Source: Acidobacteriota bacterium
Lineage (GTDB): Bacteria; Acidobacteriota; Vicinamibacteria; Vicinamibacterales; 2-12-FULL-66-21
Reading direction: 5' to 3'
Length of the DNA: 64,000 nt
Assembly (NCBI GenBank): GCA_031361295.1
Contig: JANMCN010000276.1
Coordinates: forward strand, 771-64,770
Shown here: piece after piece, positions 9,336 through 19,036 of the stretch
Numbering within the stretch: position 1 is the stretch's first letter
Layout of the letters: every line of letters starts with the position of its first letter
Position numbers and translations under genes: made by a program
Notes under the pieces: model-generated
Databases searched by the model: none
What the model saw: the letters and a program-made list of their open reading frames with translations, nothing else
What the model was told of the DNA's origin: nothing

Positions 9336-9650
9336 ATGGCCGGAACCGATCGCCAGACTGAGGGCGAAACACTCGAGCGCACGCGGCAGGAGACGAAAAA
9401 GCCCGACCTGTTCAAGGTGCTGCTCCTGAACGACGACTACACGACGATGGACTTCGTGATCGAGGTGCTGGAATCGATTTTTCACAAGGCGCCCGCCGAG
9501 GCGTTCCGCATCATGATGGCCGTGCACACCCAGGGCAAGGGCCTCTGCGGTGTGTATCCGCACGAAGTCGCGGAGACGAAAGTCGATACGGTGATGGAAC
9601 GGGCACGGGAAAACGGGTTCCCGCTCCGTGCCGCGATGGAACCTGAATAG
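9336..9650 (+). CDS. clpS: ATP-dependent Clp protease adaptor ClpS
   Basis: 'KPDLFKVLLLNDDYTTMDFVIEVLESIFHK' and 'IMMAVHTQGKGLCGVYPHEVAETK' are present. The gene lies immediately upstream of clpA. Confidence 0.95.
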   Translation: MAGTDRQTEGETLERTRQETKKPDLFKVLLLNDDYTTMDFVIEVLESIFHKAPAEAFRIMMAVHTQGKGLCGVYPHEVAETKVDTVMERARENGFPLRAAMEPE

Positions 9651-9691
9651 GGCGTCCGCGGGTCTCAGACACAAAGGACATTTTCCGAACG

Positions 9692-12070
9692 ATGTTCAGC
9701 CAGGCTCTAGAGATCGTCCTGACGGTGGCATACCGGGAGGCCACCTCCAGGCGTCACACGCACCTGACGCTCGAGCACCTTCTGTACGCGCTCGCGCACG
9801 ACCACGACGGCGAGCGCATCCTCGCCGCCTGCGGCGCGGATCTGCCCAAGCTTCGCCGTGACCTCGACAAGTATTTGAAGGAATCGGTCGAGCAGTACGG
9901 CCGCGGCCAGCAGAAGGAGCCCGAGCAGACGCTCGCGTTCCGACGCGTGCTCCAGACCGCGGTCCTGCACGTGCAGAGCGCGGGCCGGCAGGAAGTGCAG
10001 TCGGGCGACGTGCTCGCCGCGACGCTTCAGCAGAACAAGTCCTACGCCGCGCAGCTGCTCACCGACCAGGGCATCACGCGGCTGGACGTGCTCGAATTCA
10101 TCACCCACGGCATCAGCAAGGTGCCCTCCTCCGGCGGAGTACCGGCGGACGATGGCGATGGCGGGGACGCGGACGCGGACGCCGGCCAGGGAGAGCGCGG
10201 GCCGGCGGCCGCGCGCGACCCGCTGGCCGCGTACGCGATGAACCTGACAGCGCGCGCCAGAGCCGGCGAGCTCGATCCGCTCATCGGCCGCGTGGATGAA
10301 CTCCAGCGCACCTTGGAGATTCTGTGCCGGCGGCGGAAGAACAATCCCGTGTTCGTGGGTGATGCCGGCGTCGGCAAGACGGCGCTCGCGGAGGGGCTTG
10401 CCTCACGCCTCCTGCAGGACGACGTCCCGGATCTGCTCGAGGGCGCCGAGGTCTTCTCCCTGGACACCGGTGCGCTGCTGGCCGGCACGCGGTTCCGCGG
10501 CGACTTCGAAGAGCGATTCAAGGCCGTCATCAACGCCCTCGCGAAGCGGCCGATGCCGATCCTGTTCATCGACGAGATTCATTCCACCGTCGGCGCCGGG
10601 GCGACGACCGGTGGCACGATGGACCTCGCCACGCTCATCAAGCCCATCCTGACGACCGGACAGTTGCGCGTGGTTGGATCGACCACCCACGAGGATTTCA
10701 AGCACATCGAAAAGGATCGGGCGCTCGCACGGCGTCTGCAGAAGATCACGGTCGAGGAACCCTCAACCCAGGAGACCGTCAGAATCCTCCAGGGCCTGCG
10801 ATCGCGCTACGAAGGGCACCATCGCGTCCACTACACGGACGAATCGCTCGAGGCGGCGGCGAAGCTTGCGGCGAGGCACCTGCGCGACTACAAGCTGCCG
10901 GACAGCGCGATCGATTTGATCGACGAGGCGGGCGCGAAAATGCGGCTCAAGACCGGCGCCGCGCACCGCGCGGCTGCGGCGCGCAATCCGGGCGGAGAGA
11001 CCGCTCCGCCGGAGCCGGCGGAGATCAACGCCGATCACATGGAAGAAGTGGTCGCCCGCATCGCGCGCATACCCGCCAAGCAGGCCTCGTCGTCCGACAA
11101 GGACCGGCTGAAGGGCCTGGAAGAATCGCTGGGCCGCGTCGTGTTCGGGCAGGCAGAAGCCGTTCGAAACGTGGCGCGCGCGATCAAACGCTCCCGTGCG
11201 GGCCTCGGCCAGCCGGATCGCCCGGCCGGATGCTTTCTGTTCACGGGTCCGACCGGCGTCGGCAAGACCGAGCTCGCCAAGCAGCTCGCGCTCCATCTCG
11301 GCAACGAGTTCATTCGCTACGACATGAGCGAATACATGGAGAAGCACGCGGTCGCCCGCCTGATTGGCGCACCCCCAGGGTACGTCGGGTTCGAACAAGG
11401 GGGCCTGCTCGTCGACGGCATCCGGCAGCATCCGTATGCCGTACTGCTGCTGGATGAAATCGAAAAAGCTCATCCCGATATCTTCAATATCCTGCTGCAG
11501 GTGATGGATCACGCGACGCTCACCGACAACAACGGCCGGAAGTCGGACTTCCGCCAGGTGGTCGTGATCATGACGTCGAACGCGGGCTCGCGCGAGCTGA
11601 GCAATGCGAGCATCGGGTTCACCGAGGCGGGGGCGTCGGACCGGGTGCTCGACGCGAGACAGAAGGCCGCCCAGCAGCGCTCGAAGAGCGCGATCGAAAA
11701 AGTCTTCAGCCCGGAATTCCGCAACCGCCTCGATGCGATTGTCTCGTTCGATCCCCTCACGCCCGCGGTGATGGAGACGATCGTCGAGAAGTTCATCCTC
11801 CAGCTCGAAGCGCAGCTCGCCGAACGGAGTATCGCGATCACGCTCGAGCCGGAGGCGCGGGCCTGGCTCGCGCAAAAGGGCTACGATCCGGTCTACGGCG
11901 CGCGGCCCCTTGCGCGCGTGATCCAGACCGACGTCAGGGATCCGCTGACGGACGAGATTCTTTTCGGACGTCTCGAGTATGGCGGGACCGTGACGATCCG
12001 CTTCGAGGACGGGCGCCTCGCATTCGGGTTCGACGCGCGCACGCCGCCCACTCCGGCGCCCGCCCACTGA
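9692..12070 (+). CDS. clpA: ATP-dependent Clp protease ATP-binding subunit ClpA
   Basis: 792 aa with an N-domain repeat. There are two AAA+ modules with Walker A motifs 'GDAGVGKTA' and 'GPTGVGKTE'. 'LLLDEIEKAHPD' is also present. There is no ClpB-type long middle domain. Confidence 0.95.
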   Translation: MFSQALEIVLTVAYREATSRRHTHLTLEHLLYALAHDHDGERILAACGADLPKLRRDLDKYLKESVEQYGRGQQKEPEQTLAFRRVLQTAVLHVQSAGRQEVQSGDVLAATLQQNKSYAAQLLTDQGITRLDVLEFITHGISKVPSSGGVPADDGDGGDADADAGQGERGPAAARDPLAAYAMNLTARARAGELDPLIGRVDELQRTLEILCRRRKNNPVFVGDAGVGKTALAEGLASRLLQDDVPDLLEGAEVFSLDTGALLAGTRFRGDFEERFKAVINALAKRPMPILFIDEIHSTVGAGATTGGTMDLATLIKPILTTGQLRVVGSTTHEDFKHIEKDRALARRLQKITVEEPSTQETVRILQGLRSRYEGHHRVHYTDESLEAAAKLAARHLRDYKLPDSAIDLIDEAGAKMRLKTGAAHRAAAARNPGGETAPPEPAEINADHMEEVVARIARIPAKQASSSDKDRLKGLEESLGRVVFGQAEAVRNVARAIKRSRAGLGQPDRPAGCFLFTGPTGVGKTELAKQLALHLGNEFIRYDMSEYMEKHAVARLIGAPPGYVGFEQGGLLVDGIRQHPYAVLLLDEIEKAHPDIFNILLQVMDHATLTDNNGRKSDFRQVVVIMTSNAGSRELSNASIGFTEAGASDRVLDARQKAAQQRSKSAIEKVFSPEFRNRLDAIVSFDPLTPAVMETIVEKFILQLEAQLAERSIAITLEPEARAWLAQKGYDPVYGARPLARVIQTDVRDPLTDEILFGRLEYGGTVTIRFEDGRLAFGFDARTPPTPAPAH

Positions 12071-12080
12071 GCGCGCCCCT

Positions 12081-12662
12081 ATGGACAACGAACACGACAT
12101 TCCCGTGAAGGTCGTCGACCGCCGCTGGTGGGCGCGGCAGGACGATGGCAGCGCGCCTGAACCACGGGGCGGATCGAAGCCTACCTACGTCGAAGATCTG
12201 GAGCGGCAGCTGGCCGAGAAGGATCGCATCGCCCAGGAATACATCGCAAAATACCGACAGGCGTCTGCCGAGTTCGAGGAGTCGCGACTGCGCCTCCGAC
12301 GCGAGATTTCCAAGGACGTCGAGCGCGGACGGCGTGAAATCCTCGCGGATCTTCTCGACGTCGTCGACAACCTGGATCGCGCGCTGGACGCGGCGCGGCA
12401 GTCGCCGTCGCCCGAGGCGCTCCGGCAGGGGGTCGAGATGGTGCAGCGCCAGTTCCTCGCCAAGCTCGAAGGACTCGGCGTTCGACGCATCGACGTCGGC
12501 GGCGCGCCATTCGACCCTTCACGACACGAAGCGGTCTCGACCGTTCCCGCGCGCACGGCTGCGGAGGACGGACAGGTCGTCGGTGTGGTGCGCCACGGCT
12601 ACACGATCGGCTCGGAGATCCTTCGACCGGCTTCCGTGGCCGTCGCCAGGACCCCGGACTGA
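12081..12662 (+). CDS. grpE: nucleotide exchange factor GrpE
   Basis: Coiled-coil 'YIAKYRQASAEFEESRLRLRRE', 'LLDVVDNLDRAL' and a C-terminal beta domain 'HEAVSTVP...VVRHGYTIGSEILRPASVAV' are present. Confidence 0.9.
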   Translation: MDNEHDIPVKVVDRRWWARQDDGSAPEPRGGSKPTYVEDLERQLAEKDRIAQEYIAKYRQASAEFEESRLRLRREISKDVERGRREILADLLDVVDNLDRALDAARQSPSPEALRQGVEMVQRQFLAKLEGLGVRRIDVGGAPFDPSRHEAVSTVPARTAAEDGQVVGVVRHGYTIGSEILRPASVAVARTPD

Positions 12663-12834
12663 ATCCTGCCACACAGGCCGCTCCAACACCCTGGCGTCAG
12701 CGGCTCGCCCCTGGTCTGACAGCGACGCAGCTCGACGCCAACATGCGGCCGAACGGCCGCGGCGCGGAATTACGGGCGGTACGATCAGACGCCCGACGGG
12801 TCGAGACGGTGCCCTCCGCCGGGCCGGCGCCATT

Positions 12835-13575
12835 TCAACCGCGCTGGTTGATTTGCTGGAACACCGCGTCGAGGTCGTGGCGGGACGCCATCCTGACCTG
12901 CTCGGCGAAGCCGTAGCCGATTTCTGATTCCCCCGCGGCGAGCCTCAGCATGACGGCGTCCACGAATTCGTCCACGTTCACGCCAAAGGTATGGAGCCCC
13001 GGCCCGCCGAGGTCCGTGTCCACCGCGGGCGGCGCAATCTCGATGACCTTGATGGGTGTCGACGCCAGCTGGTGACGGAGCGACAGGGTGAACGAGTGGA
13101 GCGCGGCCTTCGTGGCGCTGTATACGGGCACCCTCGCCAGGGGTGTGAAGGCCAGACCTGACGTGACGTTGAGGATGCCGGGGTCCTTCTGCTGCCGGAG
13201 GTGCGGAATCAGCAAGGCGGCCAGGTGAACCGGGGCTTCGAAATTGATCGCGATCTCCGCCTGCGTGAGTTCCCAGTCTCCGTCGCCGTCCTCCAACCTG
13301 AGGACGCGCTGGACCCCTGCGTTGTTGACCAGAACATTCACGGCGGGTACGTCGTTCATCACCCAGGCCGCCAGCGCATGCCGGTCCGCCCGGCGGGAGA
13401 GGTCGCAGACGCGCGTCAGGAGGCCAGGGAGGCGCTCGCGCGCGTCGCGCAGCTTGTCTTCACGCCGTCCACAGATCGCGACCGTGCTGCCGGCGCGGTG
13501 GAACCGGTTCGCCAGCGCCAAGCCGATGCCGGACGCGCCGCCGGTGATGAGGACCGTATTCGACGAGAGGTTCAT
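12835..13575 (-). CDS. SDR family oxidoreductase
   Basis: Cofactor motif 'TGGASGIGLA', 'NNAG' and catalytic 'YSATKAALHSF' are present. Length is 246 aa. Confidence 0.9.
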   Translation of the reverse strand: MNLSSNTVLITGGASGIGLALANRFHRAGSTVAICGRREDKLRDARERLPGLLTRVCDLSRRADRHALAAWVMNDVPAVNVLVNNAGVQRVLRLEDGDGDWELTQAEIAINFEAPVHLAALLIPHLRQQKDPGILNVTSGLAFTPLARVPVYSATKAALHSFTLSLRHQLASTPIKVIEIAPPAVDTDLGGPGLHTFGVNVDEFVDAVMLRLAAGESEIGYGFAEQVRMASRHDLDAVFQQINQRG

Positions 13576-13614
13576 TCGATCTCCAGTGCCTGCAGTTTAA
13601 AGTAAGCTCGGCGC

Positions 13615-15798
13615 ATGATTGTTCGTCGTGTGATGCTCGCGCTCGCGGCGGTGCTGCTGGCGCCACCGGTCATCCACTCGCAGGTTCCCGCACGGCTGCG
13701 TGGCTTTACGGCGGTGGCCACGGAGGCCGAGCGCAAGCTGGAGCGGCAGTTCCGCGCATCGCCGAGCCCGGACAGGCTGCGCGAGTACATGCGCGTGATC
13801 ACCGCGGAGCCGCATCATGCCGGCAGTCCCGGCGGCCGGAGAGTCGCCGAGTACATCCTTGAAAAGTTCAAGTCGTGGGACCTCGACGCGTCGATCGAGC
13901 CGGCCGAGGCCCTGCTGCCCTACCCCGTCGAGCGCACGCTGGAGCTGGTCGGCCCCGAACACTTCGTTGCCGCGCTGAAAGAGCCGCCGATCGCCGCAGA
14001 CAGTGACTCGGACGACGAGGGACAGCTGCCGACCTTCAATGCGTACTCCGCCGACGGGGACATCACCGCCGACCTCGTCTATGTGAACTACGGGATTCCC
14101 GAAGACTACGAACAACTGAGGAAGCTGAACATCGACGTCACGGGAAAGATTGTACTCGCGCGGTACGGGCACAGCTGGCGCGGAATCAAGCCGAAGGTGG
14201 CGGCCGAGCACGGTGCGGCAGGCTGCCTCATCTACTCGGACCCGCGTGACGACGGCTTCTTCCAGGGGGACCCGTATGCCGAGGGACCGTGGCGCCCGGA
14301 ACAGGGTGTCCAGCGCGGAAGCGTCATCGACCTGCCGGTTCAGCCGGGCGATCCGCTGACGCCTGGCTGGGGGGCCGAGGCCGGAGGCCGGAAGCTCGAT
14401 CGCCGTGAGGCCACGAGCCTGATGACCATCCCGGTGCTGCCGATCTCGTACGGCGACGCCTTGCCGCTGCTGCGGAACCTCAAGGGAATCGTCGCCCCGG
14501 AGCCCTGGCGGGGCGGGCTGCCCGTCACGTATCACGTCGGTCCTGGACCGGCGAAGGTCCATCTCAAGCTCGCGTTCGACTGGCAGGTCCGTCCCCTCTA
14601 CAACGTCATCGTACGGATTCCGGGCTCCGAATTCCCCGATGAATGGATCGTCGCCGGCAACCACCATGATGCGTGGGTCAACGGCGCGTCGGATCCGACG
14701 AGTGCGAACGTGGCGCTGATGGAAACCGCGCGCGGACTTGCGGGACTCGTGAAGGCCGGCTGGCGGCCCAGGCGAACGCTACTCCTCGCCTCGTGGGACG
14801 GCGAGGAGTTCGGGCTCATGGGATCGACGGAGTGGGTGGAGAAGCATCAGGATGAGCTCCGGCGAAAGGCCGTCGCGTACATCAACAGCGACAGCACCGG
14901 AAAGGGCTGGCTGGCGATGAGTGGATCGCACTCGCTCCAGGCTTTCATCAACGAGGTCGCGCGCGATGTCGACGACCCCCGCGGATCAGGCCTGAGCGTA
15001 CTCGAAGCCAAGCGCACTCACCTGGCCGATCAGGCGAAGACCTCCGCTGAACGGGATGCCGTCCGGGCGTCGCACGACATCGCGATCGATGCACTGGGCT
15101 CGGGGTCCGACTACACCGCGTTCCTCGATCACCTGCAGATCGCATCGCTCGATCTTGGATTCGGCGGAGACGACGGCGGCGGAATCTATCACTCGATATA
15201 CGACTCGTTCTATTGGTACTCGACCTTCTCCGACGGCAGCTTCGTCCAGGTCGCCGGGCTGTCGCAGACCATCGGCACCGCACTCTTGCGGCTGTCGAAT
15301 GCGGACATCCTGCCATTCGAGTTCAACGGCACCGCGGGGGCGTTGCGACAGTACACCGACGAAATCCAGAGGGCCGCGGCCGCCGGCGCAGCGCCCGGAA
15401 CCAGGGAGCTGGACCTCGCCCCGCTGAGGACCGCCATCGCAAAGCTCTCCAAGTCCGGGAACGAATACGAGCGGGCGCTGGCACACGTGCCGGAGGGTGG
15501 GAACCGGTCGATGAAGACACCGCACCTCGCGGCGCTGAACGGCGTGTTGTATTCGACCGAACGTGCGTTCCGCTACGAGCCGGGCCTGCCGCGGCGGCCA
15601 TGGTTCAAGCACCTCGGTTATGCGCCGGGGCTCTATACCGGCTATGCCGTGAAGACGCTTCCCGGCATCCGGGAAGCTGTCGAACAAGGCCAATGGGACG
15701 AGGCCGGCCGGTTCGTGGCGATTGTCGCGGGTGCGGTCACCACGTGTGCCGAACACGTGGACCATGCGGCGGCGCTGCTCAAGAAGGCCGGACGCTAA
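13615..15798 (+). CDS. M28 family peptidase with PA and transferrin-receptor-like dimerisation domains (glutamate carboxypeptidase II-like)
   Basis: 727 aa with signal peptide 'MLALAAVLLAPPVIHS'. Motifs are 'NHHDAWVNGASDPTS', 'SWDGEEFGLMGSTEWVE', 'GSGSDYTAFLDHLQIAS' and 'IYHSIYDSFYW'. The C-terminal helical dimerisation region contains 'KHLGYAPG'. Confidence 0.85.
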   Translation: MIVRRVMLALAAVLLAPPVIHSQVPARLRGFTAVATEAERKLERQFRASPSPDRLREYMRVITAEPHHAGSPGGRRVAEYILEKFKSWDLDASIEPAEALLPYPVERTLELVGPEHFVAALKEPPIAADSDSDDEGQLPTFNAYSADGDITADLVYVNYGIPEDYEQLRKLNIDVTGKIVLARYGHSWRGIKPKVAAEHGAAGCLIYSDPRDDGFFQGDPYAEGPWRPEQGVQRGSVIDLPVQPGDPLTPGWGAEAGGRKLDRREATSLMTIPVLPISYGDALPLLRNLKGIVAPEPWRGGLPVTYHVGPGPAKVHLKLAFDWQVRPLYNVIVRIPGSEFPDEWIVAGNHHDAWVNGASDPTSANVALMETARGLAGLVKAGWRPRRTLLLASWDGEEFGLMGSTEWVEKHQDELRRKAVAYINSDSTGKGWLAMSGSHSLQAFINEVARDVDDPRGSGLSVLEAKRTHLADQAKTSAERDAVRASHDIAIDALGSGSDYTAFLDHLQIASLDLGFGGDDGGGIYHSIYDSFYWYSTFSDGSFVQVAGLSQTIGTALLRLSNADILPFEFNGTAGALRQYTDEIQRAAAAGAAPGTRELDLAPLRTAIAKLSKSGNEYERALAHVPEGGNRSMKTPHLAALNGVLYSTERAFRYEPGLPRRPWFKHLGYAPGLYTGYAVKTLPGIREAVEQGQWDEAGRFVAIVAGAVTTCAEHVDHAAALLKKAGR

Positions 15799-16595
15799 GG
15801 CGCAGGCCACAGCACCGCCAGCGCCACAGCGCCGGCGACCACGACGTTCAGGGAATCCACGCCGGCCGCGATCGGAATACGCACTCGGACGTCCGCGCGC
15901 TGCAGGGCACCCTCGGAAAGGCCGCTCCCTTCTGCGCCAACGATCACGACGTGGCGCTCACGACCGTGCAGCGACCGCGCGTACGCGTCCAGCGACATCG
16001 CCGGGTGACGCGGCGTCAGGGCCACGACGTCGAACCCCGAGTCCCGCAACGACCCGAGCGCGTCGGGCCACGGATGCACGCGCATGAACGGCAGGCGCAT
16101 CCCTGCGCCCATGGACGTTCGTATTGCCTTCCGGTACAGCGGGTCCCCGCTCGACGGATCGAGGAGAACGGCGTCGGCTCCGAACGCCTCGGCAACGCGG
16201 AAGAGGCCTCCGACATTGTCCGGGTTGCCAACGCCTTCCATGCAGAGGAGACGCCGCGCACCGGCAAGCACTGCAGGGGCATACGCCCCGGGCCCGCGCT
16301 CCGCCAGGGCGAGGCACCCCCGGTGGAAGTCGAAGCCGGTCAGCGCCTGCATGACCTCTGGGGCCACGACGTGAATGGGGCACCGCGCAGTGGCGAGCGT
16401 GGCGGCAAGCGCGTTTCTGGCGGCCGTGGTGAGAAGGATCGACCTGATGCGGAAGCGATCGCCGAGGATGAGCCGTTCGACGACGAGCCGTCCCTCGGCG
16501 ACGAACAGGCCGCGGTCGCGCAGCCACGCCGGATCCCCGACGTGGATGTACTCATCCGCGCGCGGATCGCCGGCGGGGTCGATACCGTCGGCCAC
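15795..16595 (-). CDS. TrmH/SpoU-family RNA 2'-O-methyltransferase
   Basis: 'GVGNPDNVGGLFRVAEAFGADAVLL', 'VVIVGAEGSGLS' and 'RIPIAAGVDSLNVVVAGAVAL' are present. There is no in-frame ATG. GTG 16595 overlaps the upstream TAG stop by 1 nt. The longer 374-aa ORF overlaps the upstream gene and is rejected. Confidence 0.8.
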   Translation of the reverse strand: MADGIDPAGDPRADEYIHVGDPAWLRDRGLFVAEGRLVVERLILGDRFRIRSILLTTAARNALAATLATARCPIHVVAPEVMQALTGFDFHRGCLALAERGPGAYAPAVLAGARRLLCMEGVGNPDNVGGLFRVAEAFGADAVLLDPSSGDPLYRKAIRTSMGAGMRLPFMRVHPWPDALGSLRDSGFDVVALTPRHPAMSLDAYARSLHGRERHVVIVGAEGSGLSEGALQRADVRVRIPIAAGVDSLNVVVAGAVALAVLWPAP

Positions 16596-17188
16596 TACTC
16601 GGTGCGCACAACCGAACGGCGGCTCCGGTGCCGGTCGATCACGTGCTGACCGAGCCGCTTGCTGAGGAACACCTTCGATTCGCCGGCCTCGAAGGGATGC
16701 GGCACGAAGCGGATCACGTCGAATTGCAGCTGCGCGAGCGTGCTGCGCATCTCGTAGAACCGGTTCTTGGTCTTGACGAGAATTTCGTCGAACCCGTTCG
16801 CGAGCGCCCAGACCTCCTGCTCCTCCGTCAGCGCGCGAAAGTGCCCCTGGCCGCGCCAATCGCTGCGAGTGCCACCAATCCACTGGTACAAGACGCGGCG
16901 CCCGTCGAATACGACACAATCCTCGAGCTGGGCCACGAGATCGGCCAGCTTGGGATCGCTCTCGTTCACCCGCAGCTCGTGGGAGACCTTGAACGACACC
17001 GGCACGACCATGCCGGGGTCATCGGGCAGCGGCGCCTCCGCCATCAGAATTTGATGGTCGCGATCGCGCAGCCGCTGAATGACTTCGGCGGCCGTCTTCT
17101 TCCTGGGAAAATCCAGGAAGAACTCTTCGATGTACTGGATTTCGAGCGCACCCTGCTGCAAGGCGTACTGCTTCAGAAGATATTCCAC
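16595..17188 (-). CDS. GNAT-like N-acetyltransferase (divergent)
   Basis: 197 aa. 'WRGQGHFRAL' fits the acetyl-CoA-binding R/Q-x-x-G-x-G/A motif. The gene is visibly less GC-rich than its neighbours (52-60% in sampled 60-nt lines). Confidence 0.55.
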   Translation of the reverse strand: MEYLLKQYALQQGALEIQYIEEFFLDFPRKKTAAEVIQRLRDRDHQILMAEAPLPDDPGMVVPVSFKVSHELRVNESDPKLADLVAQLEDCVVFDGRRVLYQWIGGTRSDWRGQGHFRALTEEQEVWALANGFDEILVKTKNRFYEMRSTLAQLQFDVIRFVPHPFEAGESKVFLSKRLGQHVIDRHRSRRSVVRTE

Positions 17189-17229
17189 GGGTGCTTATCA
17201 TAACCGACAGAGCGTCGAGCCCCGAATCT

Positions 17230-17772
17230 CTAACCGACCCCCCGCCAGTTCGGGTTGACGCGCGCATACAGCGCCTGGTCGCGAGGAGTGCCGTACTTGA
17301 CGCTGCTGGACTTGAGGATGGCCTCGCGCACGAATCCCGCCTTCTCGAGGACGCGAATCGAACCGAGGTTTTCGGCGAACGGCAGTGCGAAGAGCCGCAG
17401 GAGGTTCGCGCTCGCGAACAGGTGCTCCGTCACGAGCACCAGCGCTTCGGTCGTAATGCCCCGGCCCCAGTGTGCCTCACCCAGCCAGTACCCGATCTCC
17501 GCCGAGTAACGCTCCACGTCCGTCCCCGCGACGTAGCCTATCGCCCCGGCGGCCTCGCCCCCGACGTCGATCGCAAGATTGGATGAGTCCAGTACCGACA
17601 TCGCGCCCTTGAGGAAGGCCTGCGCATTGGCGCGTGAGTAGGGATGCGGAAAGCGATCCCGCAACTGGCGGGCGACGTTGACGTTGTTCGCGTGGCGCAC
17701 CACCGCGTCCGCGTCAGCCATCCGCCACGGGCGGACAGCGCACAGAGCCCCTTCTAATCGCATGCCGTGCAC
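17230..17772 (-). CDS. GNAT family N-acetyltransferase (RimJ/RimL-like)
   Basis: 'IGYWLGEAHWGRGITTEAL', 'RLFALPFAENLGSIRVLEKAGFVREA' and an N-terminal 'LRPW' are present. Confidence 0.85.
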   Translation of the reverse strand: MHGMRLEGALCAVRPWRMADADAVVRHANNVNVARQLRDRFPHPYSRANAQAFLKGAMSVLDSSNLAIDVGGEAAGAIGYVAGTDVERYSAEIGYWLGEAHWGRGITTEALVLVTEHLFASANLLRLFALPFAENLGSIRVLEKAGFVREAILKSSSVKYGTPRDQALYARVNPNWRGVG

Positions 17773-17794
17773 CCGCAGAGCGGATCCGGGCGCC

Positions 17795-18514
17795 TTACAG
17801 CAGCGCGCGTCCCTGGGTTTTCAACCATCGCTCCGACTCACGGAAATCCGGACACGCCGCTTCCACCAGGCGCCAGAACCGCCTCGAATGATTCTGCTCC
17901 TTCAGGTGCATCAGCTCGTGCAGCAGCACATAGTCGCTGACCTGCGGCGGCATCTGGACGAGGCGGAAGTTCAGCGCGATTCGTCCGTCACGGGAGCACG
18001 ATCCCCACCGTGATTTCTGGTTCCGGATCGAGAGTCCATTGACCGCCAGGCCGTGCCGTGCCGCCAGATCTCGCAGCCTGGGGCCCAGCTCGGCACGCGC
18101 CACGGCCCGGAGATCCCGTTCGATATCGCCGCGCAGGTCGGACCTCGTGGAACCAACCCTGATCTCCCTGTCACCGTAGCGGACGACGGCGCGGCCCTGC
18201 ACGTCCGAGACCTCGACGCGGACCCTCTCACCTCTGAACAGGACCGTCGCACCGTGAATCCACTCGATCGGCGCGCAGGCAGACCGGACACGCGCGCGCT
18301 CACGATCTATCCACGCGGCCTGACCTTGCACGAATCGGTTCGCCTCCGCGCGAGTTCCGCCCCGGGGAATGGTCACGCGGAGGCCGCCGCCCGGTCGCAC
18401 GCGAAGGATGTAGCGGCGCGCCCGCCTCACCCGCACGAACTCGATCGCTGGATACGCGTGGGACGGGTCGAGTGCCGGTTCCGGCGCACGGAGAAATGGA
18501 AGATCCAGCTGCAC
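17795..18514 (-). CDS. M48/YgjP-like (DUF45) zinc metallopeptidase-fold protein
   Basis: 'WGSCSRDGRIALNFRLVQMPPQVSDYVLLHELMHLKEQNHSRRFW' contains the HExxH motif in the DUF45 context. Confidence 0.8.
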   Translation of the reverse strand: MQLDLPFLRAPEPALDPSHAYPAIEFVRVRRARRYILRVRPGGGLRVTIPRGGTRAEANRFVQGQAAWIDRERARVRSACAPIEWIHGATVLFRGERVRVEVSDVQGRAVVRYGDREIRVGSTRSDLRGDIERDLRAVARAELGPRLRDLAARHGLAVNGLSIRNQKSRWGSCSRDGRIALNFRLVQMPPQVSDYVLLHELMHLKEQNHSRRFWRLVEAACPDFRESERWLKTQGRALL

Positions 18515-18568
18515 AGCGTCAATACGTCCGACGGCGGTGTCCGAGTCCCGCGCAGGTGGGAGGCCGCC

Positions 18569-19027
18569 CTACCAGCGGAGGAACGGGCGGCCATGGGCTG
18601 AGCCCGGCCAGGGGATCGACACGATGATCGCGAGCAGAGCCAGGCCATAGAAGATGGCCGCGACGCGGTGCCGGCGCAACGAGTCGGTGCGTCGGGCGCG
18701 CACGCGCCCGGCATGGGCCAGCGCCACGCCGACGCACATGCCGAACACGTGCTCGACCGCCCAGAACCTCACGATCGGGTCCTTCATCACCGCCCGGAAG
18801 TGATGCAGCGCCTGGGCGGCATAGGGCGTGAAGAACAGGTACAGCACGAGACCGATCGTCAGCTGCAGATCGAGCGCCATGACGAACCAGAACCCCGCGC
18901 GATCGTCCGCACGTGTCCACGGCGCATTCCGCGACGCGCCCAGGACACCGCGGACGGCCGCGAGGAGCCCGGTCAGGATGACAATCCACCGGAGCCACGA
19001 GTGGAGGATGAGCGTCGCTGAATACAT
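18569..19027 (-). CDS. hypothetical integral membrane protein (4 TM)
   Basis: 152 aa with four hydrophobic segments and conserved-looking His residues ('LHSWLRW', 'ALHHF', 'VEHVFG'). I recognise no family. Confidence 0.55.
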   Translation of the reverse strand: MYSATLILHSWLRWIVILTGLLAAVRGVLGASRNAPWTRADDRAGFWFVMALDLQLTIGLVLYLFFTPYAAQALHHFRAVMKDPIVRFWAVEHVFGMCVGVALAHAGRVRARRTDSLRRHRVAAIFYGLALLAIIVSIPWPGSAHGRPFLRW

Positions 19028-19036
19028 GGTTGCTCT

